63,201 bases of DNA, filler included, from Reticulomyxa filosa (GCA_000512085.1; 19 parts of 19 records of this genome joined end to end with filler, not necessarily neighbours in it), one strand, 5' to 3'; shown: positions 52,002 through 63,201, counted from the first letter of the whole stretch. Notes: a model not told the origin generated them from the sequence alone. A program made the numbers and translations.

Positions 52002-53317
52002 ATATAAACAAACTTCCATTTTGGCACGTAAATCAGGTTTGGATAAAGTAAAGCCCATTTTTTCATAGGCATCACATAACGCGATACCCAATTGCATTGG
52101 CACAAATTGATTGTGTTCATTTTTTTGGATATACTCCTTTTATATTTACAGCATACACACACACGCACACATATATAATGTCATTAAAAGAAATGCCTAT
52201 TTTTCTTCAAAAGCAAAGCAAAGTAAAACAAAACAAAACAAACTCGTTCTTGAATAGTTCGAATATGTTTCGCCATAGTAGCATCAGTGCCAATGCCATG
52301 TTTGTCCATGAGATCGATCAAGTCGTTTTCGGCCAAGAGAGGAGGTGGTCTAGTGGCTCCTTCCGTCATGGAGACGGCCGAGGGAATGAACTCTTGATTC
52401 AAAGTGAACGATGGAATGTGTTGATTCGACCATTTTTGATAAGGGTATATCTCCAAGAAATTCTTTGCGACGACCTCGACACCATTCACTTCGAACATTT
52501 CATTTGCAATGGACAGTTTCACCTTTGTCACAAAGCCCTTTGCGTCTGCGCTGCAACAAGCTAAGAAATGCCGAACAATTAGTTCATATACTTTTTCTTC
52601 TGCGTCGCTCTATCATCCATCATATATACGTACATATTTTTTTTTTAAAAAAAAAAAAAAAAAGGGCTCATTATTTTATTATTATTATTTATTTTTTTAT
52701 TTTTTAAAAAAAAATCAACTTTGAAGTAAGTCTTGAGTCGAATTGGATGAATAGGTGGATGTGCTTGATCATTTTTATCTCCTTGAGCAGGGAATTCAAA
52801 GGCATTATGTGTTAGCAAGCGCTTGGCAAAGTTGCCCCATTGTTCGCTTTTAGTTTGGTCTCGAATCAAGTTTTTGAGATATGTGTCGTTCTCGATGAAC
52901 ACGTCTGTTTCTGTCCGCGGATAGCTTATGAACCCGGACTGATACAACTGCTCCGCGATTTCCATGGTGTCGAAACTGGACAGACTAAAGTACATTGACG
53001 CACGCTTTTGCAACTCCACTGTCTCCAAAGGCAATGGCCGAGCCACTATGCTCTCTTTCTTGTCGATCGACGCACCGTTGCTTTTGGATTCTTTCCTATT
53101 TTCTGCACCACTTCTTCCACTTGTGTCTTGCTGTTCGACCGTCCCTTTGTCCAGTGCAACACAATCTCCTCGCTTCGTTTGCTTTTTTCCATTTTCCTTT
53201 CATATATGTATATGTATACTTGTATACATGAGTGGTCTGGAAATTTCCGGAAATTTCCAGACCACCCCCCCCCCCTCCTCTCTCTATTTCTATCTCTTCC
53301 TACCAAACTGATTTTGC

Positions 53318-53350
<33 letters not shown>

Positions 53351-54304
53351 GTCTTAGAAATGACATCCGTTTTAGCAGACACTTGAATTCCCCAAAACGG
53401 CGTGGACTTGAATTGCGTATGCTGCTTCCAGCGGTCGACGACGAATCCCAAGGTCGGGAACTGACACGGGCCATAGCTGCATACACTTTTCAAAGGGATT
53501 TGAGGAAAGAAATGGCGGATTCGCCGCGTTTGGAAGCGTGTGAAAGCGACTCCAATGCGGAGGTCGATTTCTTGTCGCGCTTCGACCGCTCGACTTTCAA
53601 ACTCGTTGGGAATAGCCAAGCGATCGTCTTCAATTGCGTCCACTATGTGGTCGGCTTGCAGTGACGAAAAGCGGGCGCGCTTGACTTTCAACTTTGGGTT
53701 CGCTTTCTTGCATATGTCCATCACTTCGAAACATATGTTCTCGCCCTCGCGGTCGCAGTCCAACCAACAGATCAGAGTGTCGTTGTCTTTCGCTTGAGTT
53801 CTCAATGTGTCCTCGATATGTTGCACATGCTATGTCTCCTCGTCGATTTTTTTTTTTTTTTTTTTTTTTTTTTGCAATAATGCACCAGTTGTTATTTGTT
53901 ACATCTCTTTTTATGGAAAATTGTATGCTTTAAAAAAAAAAAATAATAATAATAATAATAACTTCATGTGGTAATTTAACCACTGGTGCTTTAAATAGAT
54001 CAATATCTGCACAACCCCATTTATCATACGGAGATGCAAAGTCCACTTTTTTCAGGTGACCCACCACACTTGTAAAGGTCATCTTACTGTCTTTGTAGTC
54101 AAAGGTAATCCAAAATGATTGTCCTTGCTTATGCTTTCAGTTTTTTTTTTTTTTTTTTTTTGCGTTGTGATAAGTTTGGCTTGTGTTGTGCTGCCAGAAA
54201 ATAAAGTATATACAAACATGCTTAGCATAGCCTTTGGACAGTATTTTTGAAATTTCCCTCGCAACTGACGGCTTCTCTGCAACATTCAATATTCTTCGTG
54301 CCAT
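52002..54304 (-). CDS. TOP3A: DNA topoisomerase III alpha, 3' partial
   Basis: ILNVAEKPS, DCDREGENI, RQEIDLRIG, SYGPCQFPTLGFVV, catalytic FISYPRTET, DQAHPPIHP, GIGTDAT. QFPTLGFVV and DQAHPPIHP favour the alpha paralogue. Confidence 0.93.
53232..53265. repeat. Perfect 34-bp palindrome in a TOP3A intron
   Basis: GTGGTCTGGAAATTTCCGGAAATTTCCAGACCAC equals its own reverse complement. Confidence 0.95.
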
Positions 54305-54579
54305 ATTTGGAAGGTGGCCCGAACAACAGTTTCTTGGTCCCCTGTTTTGTTGAAACATTACAGATTTGCTATCTTTGTTAAGCGGACTGAAAAACAGATA
54401 AAATTTAAGACAGTCTTTCGAAAATTCTTAACTCCTATATGTATTTTATCTAATTTATAATGGTGATAAGACATAAATTATAAATAACGAAAAATATGAT
54501 TTTCACATAAAAAAATTATTGATAAAGAAATTTGATATAGTCCCATAGTTTGACATATATTAAGTAATAAGAATAATTC

Positions 54580-54743
54580 GGTTCAGCTTGAGGAAGCTAG
54601 ATAAACTATGAGAAAAATATATAGATTGATATTATATATGTATGATCCGGAGCATGTGTGTATAAATGTTGATCTAAGATATTTTAGCTACTTTAGTGAC
54701 CTTGGTAGCGATTTAGTAGTGGGTTCGACTCCCGCCTGGACCA
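54580..54743 (+). ncRNA. tRNA-like structured RNA (acceptor stem plus canonical T-arm; anticodon loop replaced by a 108-nt insert)
   Basis: GGTTCAG (54580-86) pairs with CTGGACC (54736-42), discriminator A; T-arm GTGGG-TTCGACT-CCCGC; internal helices with many G-U pairs; downstream T9 run. Confidence 0.65.
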
Positions 54744-54760
54744 TTATATATAAATATATA

Positions 54761-54769
54761 TTTTTTTTT
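54761..54769 (+). terminator. Possible RNA polymerase III terminator
   Basis: T9 run 17 nt after the tRNA-like 3' end; T-runs are common in this genome, so the evidence is weak alone. Confidence 0.35.
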
Positions 54770-55129
54770 ATATATATACAGTATAATTCAAAGTAAATTT
54801 GACACATAAAACGGCACCTTATAGAAATGATTGATTTTATTCATGAAAAAACAACATTAATACATAATTTTTTTTTTAAAAAATATCTACAAATCTTGTA
54901 CTTTTTAAATATCATTTTGGTTTTTTATTAAATATTTACTAATTNNNNNNNNNNNNNNNNNNNNNNNNNNNNNNNNNNNNNNNNNNNNTTAATTAATTAA
55001 NNNNNNNNNNNNNNNNNNNNNNNNNNNNNNNNNNNNNNNNNNNNTTAAATTATATACATATAATTTAAATAATAACTTTGAAAAAAAAGAAGACGGAGGG
55101 GGGGGGGAACCAACAACAAAAAAAAAAAG

Positions 55130-57785
55130 TTTTAAATCGAGCATTTGGTATAATATATGGAATATTGGTAGTGATAATATCAGTGGCAATGGTTCGGTTG
55201 TATCAATGGGGTTTTTATATCCGCTACGAGCGCTTTATGAGTGTGCCATCGATCTTGTGGTTGCAAGGCGTGTACGAGTGTGTCACGTGCTTTATAATGT
55301 CGTCGAAAAACACGTACCTAAGTAACCCACACACTTCACCAGAGATACTGATAACAGCATTGCTAGTGCCCACGATATTGGATTTCATGTTGCTGCTACT
55401 CTGCATATTGTATGCACACGACAAATTCTGGCATATTCCGACCTTGCAGACATTGACGTGCCAACAGCCTATTTTTTTTCCTTATCGCATTGGTTTGGTA
55501 TTTTGCACAGTGTGGATTTATTTCTTTGCCATCATTCTGCCCGTTGTGTTGATCGGCGACGATGGCACGTCGCGACACAACCATGTGCGCGCCCACTTTG
55601 TTGCCGTCCACATTGTCATCGTGGCGCTGGTCGGATGTTTGCTGGCCTTTGCATTGCTGAGTGCCATTATCTCGCACGTGCAAATCTCCCACCACGACGC
55701 AACCATTACCCGCTGGCTGCTGCTCTCGTCCTTCCTAACTGTCGTCCTCTTCTTGATCCAATTGCTGTGTGCCATCGAAACACAGCAAGACAAGGCCGAT
55801 GAAATTCGAGCTCTCGAACTCGCACTCGAAACCGCCATGATGCTGACCTGGATCAAAGTCTTTCCGTCTATGTGTCTTCTCGAAATGCAGACCGAAACTG
55901 ACCAAGAAGATAAACAAATTGAAATGGTCCATTCACCATCACAAATCAGCAGTTGGGTTTTTTTTTTTTTTTTAATAGTGTCTCACTATAAACACATATG
56001 TATATATACATATATATGTATATACATGTATATGTATACGTGTGTGTGTGTGTGTGTGTGTGTGATTACATGTTTTATGAAATGCTACATAGTAAACGAC
56101 GCAGTAAACAAACCCTCAATGATGACGCATCCCAGGGAAATAAACTTTAGCGTCGATGATATGTTTTCGGCGCATAACGACATAACGCTGTGGGACGTGG
56201 TTTGCTGCTGCAGTGTGGAGAACTGGCGGGGACATCATAGCATACGCGTGATAAGTCAGAGTCTCCACACCAACACTGCAAACGAGGACTCGATGACCAT
56301 ACCCTACGGGAAATACTCACAGACCTTTGATATCCGCACGTCCGTAATGGAAAATGTGGATGTGATCCAAATTGGTATCAACGTCGAAGTCTTGACTGAC
56401 AACTGGATGCGCGGGGTTGTGTCCGACCGACAAGAAGAGAATCTCGTTGATATAATTATCAATGGCGTTGCAACCTCATTAGACTCGGCCACCGAAAAAG
56501 AGTTAATCGTGGGCGCCAAGAAACGCAAGGGTACGTATCCGCAGAAACCATCCTCCCCTGTTGCTGTTGCTGTTGCTACTAATCAATCATTGAGACTCGA
56601 CTTGGTTAAGGACGCTTTTCGAATTCGTCTTCAATTATTCGGTGTCGGTATGTTTCATTCTTGGTCTTGTTTTTTTTTTTCAATCCATACCTCCTTTTTT
56701 TTTTTTTTTTAATATATATGTATATATGTATGTATATGTGAATTTGTAATGTTTGTTAGATCCTGTCGATTTACATCGCAAACACTGTGCTGGATACGAA
56801 GCGGACTTGCCCTCGGTTTTGACCGATTTGAAAGAAAAGCTCTTTGAAGTCGGGGGACACACCAAAGAACATGTGTTTCGCATGATGCCGCATCCTCGGC
56901 AAGTGGAAGAGTTTAGACATATTCTCTGTCAAGGCAAAATGCACACTGTTGACTATACGTCCACGCAATTTGATTCCCACATCCTGGCTTATTTTATTCG
57001 AGTTTGGTTTCGCGAAATACCAACCCGCATTCTAAATACGGTCAGCGATCTGAGCGTTATCGATTTCATTGTTCACGATAAATTGACCACTGAGGCCATT
57101 CCACAAATTTGTGCTGAGTTGCCTCCTTTATCGCGTGCCTTATTATATTGGCTTTTTGATTTGTGCGCAGAAGTATCAGAAAAAACAACTAACAACTACT
57201 TATTTCACAGACTACATTTCTTTTCTTGTTATACGTTGTTAATCTCCAAACAAAAATTGTGTTGCTAATGCACTTTCACACGTACATTCCTAGGTTGCTG
57301 AACACGAAGCAACAAACAAGATGAATGTGGAAGCATTGGCGACAGTACTGGCTCCCAATCTCTACAAAAATGAAAATAAAGATGTCACTGCTGAGATATT
57401 ACAACCCAAACTTGTCGATTTTTGTGTCGTTGGTGTGGAATGGAGAAAAGCAAACAGAGACAATGACGAAGAGGAGAAAAAAGATAAAAATCAAGACAGA
57501 AATGATAACAAAAATAAAAATAAGGGCAATGCTACCAATCCTGTTTCTAGAAAAGGCACCAACCCTGCCAGCAGGGCTGCCAAATCTTCAGCAGAATCGG
57601 GAAATAAGAGTGCTTCAAACAAAAATAACTCAAACAAACCAGTAGCAAAAACGTCTAATGCTAAAGCACCTGTCAAAAAAAGTCCAACTCGAAACACAGG
57701 TAGTAATCCCAACCGAACTTCAAGTCCTCCAAGACCAAAAAATTCAACTCAAAACAAATCTCCTGGAAAAACAATTACCACATAA
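55130..57785 (+). CDS. Seven-transmembrane protein fused to a RhoGAP domain, 5' partial
   Basis: Seven hydrophobic segments, then LFGV|DP, GGHTKEHVFR, DSHILAYFIRVWFREIP, LLYWLFDL, NKMNVEALATVLAPNL. Introns 55952-56092, 56648-56759 and 57173-57293 are phase-compatible. Confidence 0.8.
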
Positions 57786-58868
57786 AAAAAAAAGACAAAA
57801 CAAAAACGGATTGAAAAAAAAAAGTAGAGAGGAAAGGCGGAAGGATTGGGGATGTTGTTATATAGTCAAACAGACTCTTTCTGTTATGTACACCAAAGCA
57901 ATTGCCGTTGGAGTAATGTGTACATATATGTTGTTATGACGGACTCCAAACAAGAGTTTTGAACGATCTTTTTTCAAAATTCTGTTTCTTTTGCTGTGCA
58001 TTGGTCAATTCTTGTCGAAAAAGTAATCTTTTATTTCATCTTTTAAGTTTGGTTTTACCGTCAAAAAATATGTGGGGAACCTATTGTTTATTTCTTTAGG
58101 CTTTTGGTAAATAAACTTGCCTTTTCCATTTCAAATGTTTTTTATTTTTCAATAGGTTAAAACTTTTTTGTAGGTCGAATTGATGCATAATACAGTAGTT
58201 CGGCTTGAATTTACATTCATTGTAACATTTGTACAAAATAAGTGGATTTTCAACAAAACATCTGAATAACCACAAAGACTCCAAAAATTACCCAAACAAC
58301 ATACAATATGTCCGTTAGTCGATACATTATTAGTAAATGAAGTTTTTAATGGGTGGTTTTATAATTACAACTCCAACAATTTTTATTTTTGTTCAAATAG
58401 ATTTTTTTATTTATAATTTTGTCAGATTTTTTTACAAATAGAATAAAAATTTTTGATTTGATGATGGAAAAAAAAGAAATTTTTGAGTTTCCAAACACAA
58501 CCAAAATAAACACAAGCACAAGTGATCAGAAACGGTTTGACAACATTTTGTTGATACACAAAAGCAGACTCAGTAAAAAAAAAACCGACCAGACAAATAA
58601 AAAACTACTCACCTTACGGGCAAATGAAAATCACTTACCAGTTCTGGCCCAAATAAGAAACACAAACGCACCAATTTGTCAACAAAACGTTTGTGTATAG
58701 CCTTTAGAGTCAGTCTTATGACACTTTTTTTAAAATTGAAATAAAGGGAAAAAGAATAACTTTTTTAACGCAATATTTTAAGTACTTATTGATGGCAAAA
58801 AAACAAAATTTAAAACCAAATATCTATTTTTTCCCCTCCTCTTCGCTTCCTGAATAGTCGAGGGCCCA

Positions 58869-59303
58869 TCAAAAATCGTGTTCAAAAGGATCACTTTCAA
58901 GCACAATGTCTTCAGTATCAGTGTCTTCACGGTAGTCATCAAAATGCTTTGTATCGTCAATTCCATTCAATTGCGGAATATAGGGTGGTTTTACTGATTT
59001 TTCTAATATGCGCCTCCATGGGAGCCCCTTTTTTTAAAAAATATTTGTTTTGTCCTTGTTTGTTAGTTTGTTCGAAAGCCAAGGACTTTTATGTCATATA
59101 TTTATTTAACTTCAAAGAAAGGATGTTTCATGACATCGACAGCACCATTTTCTTGATTTCCCATCCTTGAAGCTAAATTTTTTGTTAAAAGTTTGGAAAT
59201 GAAGTCTTTTGCACGCAAGGGTAACGAAGGAGGATAGTCAATTCTCCCATCCAATATTTTTTGATATATTTTCATAGCATTTTCATCATTGAACGGAGGA
59301 GCA
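58869..59303 (-). CDS. cAMP-dependent protein kinase catalytic subunit (AGC kinase), last two exons (not in the ORF track)
   Basis: PPFNDENAMKIYQKILDG, AKDFISKLL...RMGNQENGAVDVMKHPFF, KPPYIP...DDTKHFDDY...DPFEHDF*. Confidence 0.88.
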
Positions 59304-59486
59304 CTTTGTTGTATCGGTGTGTGTTAAAACAAATTTACAAAAATAAAAAGACAGTTTTGGAGACAAAAAAAAAAAAAAAAAAGATGNNNNNNNNNNNNNN
59401 NNNNNNNNNNNNNNNNNNNNNNNNNNNNNNTTAATTAATTAANNNNNNNNNNNNNNNNNNNNNNNNNNNNNNNNNNNNNNNNNNNN

Positions 59487-60371
59487 AATAATAATGCCAA
59501 TAATGATGCCAATGACGACAATAATAACAATAACCATAATCACAATAATGGCAATGACAATGACAGTTTCAATGACTTATCACTGGAACAACTGGGGGAA
59601 ATGGACGAATTGGAGCTGGGATATTTCTGTGCCAAATCGGGATTTTCCAAAGAGCAAACCAAGTCAATTGTTCATGCCATTCACAACAAAAAAATACAAG
59701 TGAATCATTGCCATGAAAATCCCACGCCAGTGGCGGCAGCTACAACAGCACCACACGCAGGTGTATGCAAGCGCGAACATGCGGTTGCAGATGAACATGC
59801 ATGTATCAACGCACATGCAAACTCGGATTCAAGTTCGAATGTAAATGCAAATGCAAATGCAAATACAAATGGGAATAAAGAAGGGAATGGAATGGAACTG
59901 ACATCACCGTTGTGGACTTGCAACACATTGACGACAATAAAGCAGTTGGAGCAGCATAAAAGTCAATTGGCGGAAATGATGGAGCGATTGAAGTATGCGG
60001 ACGAGAGTTTGGAGTGGAGGATGGAAGCGGAGCGGGAAGAGATTACGTTCAAGATGAATGATTTGATCCAATACTTGCAAGGCTGTGAGCAAGAGCTGTT
60101 AGCGTACGCACAGAATTTGCAAATGCGCGCAAAGTTGGAGTTGCTACTACTTTTGGAGACGACATCCAAACAACAGCAAATCGTGTCCAATGCCATTGAC
60201 ATGCAAGTCAAAGCAATACAACATTGCCAACATTGTTCCACTCCTGACACCCAATCCTGTCAGCAAATACAAACTGTCCAACAAGACCATCTCCAAGCTT
60301 TGGGACATGTCGATTATGCTACCAATGAACAACATATTCAACTATTTTCGACTCCTTTCATAATTCCATGA
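59487..60371 (+). CDS. SAM-like remnant plus B-box-associated-type coiled-coil protein, 5' partial
   Basis: LSLEQLGEMDELELGYFC...SIVHAI resembles the SAM at 15806; EEITFKMNDLIQYLQGCEQELL coiled coil. Confidence 0.55.
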   Translation, partial: NNNANNDANDDNNNNNHNHNNGNDNDSFNDLSLEQLGEMDELELGYFCAKSGFSKEQTKSIVHAIHNKKIQVNHCHENPTPVAAATTAPHAGVCKREHAVADEHACINAHANSDSSSNVNANANANTNGNKEGNGMELTSPLWTCNTLTTIKQLEQHKSQLAEMMERLKYADESLEWRMEAEREEITFKMNDLIQYLQGCEQELLAYAQNLQMRAKLELLLLLETTSKQQQIVSNAIDMQVKAIQHCQHCSTPDTQSCQQIQTVQQDHLQALGHVDYATNEQHIQLFSTPFIIP

Positions 60372-62696
60372 GTACCTTGTCTTATCTATTTTCTCACTAT
60401 TGCGACAAAGTCAAACATTAATTTTTTTTTTTTTTTTTTTTTACCAAAAATTTTCTTTTTTTGTGGTCAAGGCTTCCAATTTTGCTTTTTTTTCTTTTAT
60501 TAGTTTTTTTTTTTATTATTATTATTATTAATTTGTGTTGTGGTCGGTTTGTGCTGATCCAATAATGCCAGATGGATTATGCTCACTAGAATTTTAAGGG
60601 AAAGGAAAAGAGGGGGGTGAGAGGTTGAAAGAATAAACTTTTTTCCACTCTTGTATCCTCTTTTTTTTAAAAATGTTTTGGTCTGGTTTTGGTTTGTATA
60701 TTGTCCTTCTTTTTAAATAGAAAAAAAAATTGTGGCTTCTTACTCCTTCCCAGCTTACCTTTGATTGTACAAAAAAAAAAAAAAAAGAGTTGAAACAATT
60801 GAAAGTTTAAAAATAATAAAAATTAACATTGATAAATGAGGATTTTACTTTTGTAGGGCATGTTTTATCTGTTTTTATGACTTCTCAATTTTAAACATGC
60901 TTTGGACGTTGATCTGCCATAATATTTTTTATTTCTTTTGTTGCTTTTTTTTCAAAGGCAAAATTTCTCATTTGTTCGTGTGAATGGACACTTGCCAAGA
61001 AATTTTTGGTGGCCAACCAAAACGTTGAATAATATGTGTATTTTTGTGAACGCATTTGCGTACGATGTTTGAGATCAGTTAAAGTTACACAATATAAAAA
61101 AAAGATACAATTAAAATGCTTCGCACCATTTGAACAATCAAACAGCACGGAACATTACAATAATTTCTTTTTTACAAATATAACATAAGCACAATTATTT
61201 CCGACAAAAATTTCTTGCCAGTTTTCAGTTTGTGAGCAATTGTACGTGATAATTCATTCGACAATTCTGTCACTGTTGGCGTAGTAGTTTTAAATTAAAT
61301 TATCTGCTCAGGAAATTCTAATCCTTCAATGTGGTACTTAACTGACTTCTTTCAAATAAATATTAAAATATCAAAAAATCGACGGGCGAAAAAGCTTCGG
61401 CTGTGCAGAAACAAATTAAAGAATTTTGACAGTGAAAGATGTATCGATTATGGGTATAATTCCTGATTAGTTATGTTCGATCAAACGTCATGTCGCAGGC
61501 AGTGATTTCCATTTCAGTTAAGTTTTTTTTGTGACCACCAAAAAGTGACAACACAAGGATGCAAAAAATTGTATACGATATTCCGAAAATTAGATATTTT
61601 GAGAACCCAATAGTGATCACAGTTAAAAAAGTTTATTTGAAAACAGAACTGAAAGATTGATGTGATAAAAAATTAAAGTACCGACAGCGAAATTCTGTAT
61701 AGCAATAAAGAAGAATTTATTTGCTACGCTTCTTTTCACCATTAATGCACATACACTTAAGTGATAATGAAAAGAGATGATGTGTACGCTATCGTCTACG
61801 TGCTAAAACGACAACAAAAAAACAATGTTCATTTAAATCCAACTTTGTGTTTCGTTTTAACAGAACTTTCAAAATTTTGTGCTTAACTTTTTGGACAATT
61901 TATTTTTCAAGCAAATAATCAGTAAATCATAATTATTTTCTTCGAACATGGCTTCACAAATTGCAGTGATGTTTTTTCAATTATTTGTTTGACCCTCTAA
62001 CAAAAAAGCATTTTCTACAACTTTAGAATCAAAGAAAAATATTTTGGACAAAGCCATTTATCATTAGTCTTTTCAAAACAAAAACTTTGTCAACTTCAAT
62101 ATTAATGGGAATGAGCAATATTTTGTCGATTGCGCAAATGACAAAATCAAAGCAAAGACGAATACAAGTTTGCCTTGTAACTTTTAGGCTTTGCTTAAAT
62201 GACTTTAAAAAAAAAAGCAGACACAAAAAAAAAGGCACATGTCCACAAGATCGAAATAAAAAAAAAAGAATAATCAAGAAGAGTGGATAGTATATCAAGC
62301 AATGAATTATCTCCACCATGTAAAAATATATGAGCGATCAAAATAAAAGCAGGCAAGATGATCTGAAAATACAAGTAAAGATGCCCGCAAAGAAGAAAAA
62401 CACAAAAAACACAAAAAACAAAAAAGGTTTCAGTCACTGAGCACAAATATTTTTTTTGTGCCTTATTTCAGAGAAATGCTATTGAAATCATAACAAAAAA
62501 AACACAAGGGAAAAAAAAACCAACAAACATAAGTAATAACAAAATAACACCGATACAATAAGAGAGCAGATGCGAATATACGAATAGGAATTTACAAAAC
62601 ATAAAAAGAAAAAAAGAGGTGATCGACCGAAGTTATCAACGCATTGTTTTTGATGGTGCCTTGTTTTGGGTATTGAAACAATTTCGACAATGTACA

Positions 62697-63146
62697 TTAA
62701 TCAGTGCGGTCGATGGCTCCGAATTCTTTTCGAATGACTACTGATAAAGAATTTACAGAAAATCCAGGTTTGGACTGGATTTTGTCCCACCACTGCTTGA
62801 ACACTAAAAATGAGGGAAAGAAACGCAAAGCTTTTTCCTTATTGGCATCCATCAGCTTGTAATACATTCTTTTCATTTTTAACTCAGCATACTCCTCCTC
62901 TACTTTGCATATCTCGGCCAGTTCTCGTTTACATTGGCTTGGATTATCCGGCAAATTGAGTCTTGCTTGTTTCAATTCTTCATTCTCACCCTTATTCTCC
63001 TTCTTTACATCGATGGCGCCACATTGCTCGGAAACACATTCTTTAACATCGCCGTCCGCATAAAGTGCACTGTTTCTGGAGAGCATTGGCGAAGTTGGTC
63101 TTGCACCACTATTTTTCGTATCTATTATTATATTCAGTACATGCAC
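62697..63146 (-). CDS. Hypothetical protein, terminal exon
   Basis: 149-aa coding-like ORF; no domain recognised. Confidence 0.45.
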   Translation of the reverse strand: MHVLNIIIDTKNSGARPTSPMLSRNSALYADGDVKECVSEQCGAIDVKKENKGENEELKQARLNLPDNPSQCKRELAEICKVEEEYAELKMKRMYYKLMDANKEKALRFFPSFLVFKQWWDKIQSKPGFSVNSLSVVIRKEFGAIDRTD

Positions 63147-63201
63147 AGTCGGTTCCGTTTTTTTTTTTTCTTGCTAATAGACAACAAATATGTGAGTGTA
63201 T

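Noticed and set aside
53239-53258. NF-kappaB binding sites
   Set aside because: The sequence resembles the motif, but nothing indicates Rel-family factors in this lineage.
54580-54743. Assigning a standard tRNA isotype or calling it tmRNA
   Set aside because: No valid anticodon loop; no G3-U70 alanine determinant; too short for a tag ORF and pseudoknots.
61150-62400. Small genes in the last contig
   Set aside because: Only short interrupted coding-like pieces with no consistent splice model.
1-63201. Non-standard genetic code or bacterial defence system
   Set aside because: Conserved genes translate with the standard code and use TAA and TGA stops; stops inside genes are explained by introns or frameshifts; no operon, CRISPR array or prokaryotic gene is visible.

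Overview
This window is not one continuous locus. It is 19 short contigs of an AT-rich, intron-containing eukaryote joined by 18 identical artificial 100-nt spacers (N44-TTAATTAATTAA-N44), so neighbourhood across spacers carries no biological meaning. The expanded Kelch-like, WD40 and TRAF-WD40 families, the pseudogenes and the intron style suggest the foraminiferan Reticulomyxa filosa or a close rhizarian (inference). Recognisable genes, many partial: class IV sirtuin, USP32-like deubiquitinase with a CAAX box, RPL24, G-alpha, WDR12/Ytm1, SMN, SmD3, MetAP2, a Dcr2-like metallophosphoesterase, TOP3A, a PKA catalytic subunit, an MRH-EGF receptor, cold-shock-domain proteins, SAM proteins, and decayed RNF213-like, dynein and WD40 copies. 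Many frameshifts sit in homopolymers and may be sequencing errors. The most interesting signals are: (1) a 164-nt tRNA-like RNA gene at 54580-54743 whose anticodon loop is replaced by a 108-nt structured insert; (2) a seven-transmembrane protein spliced in frame to a RhoGAP domain; (3) a G-alpha whose catalytic switch-I Arg is Gln; (4) a polynucleotide-kinase-like plus 2H phosphoesterase fusion; (5) a split Tudor/chromo-barrel inside the USP catalytic domain; (6) a chimeric RNF213/dynein pseudogene; (7) a candidate solo LTR. All family assignments are by motif recognition; no searches were run.
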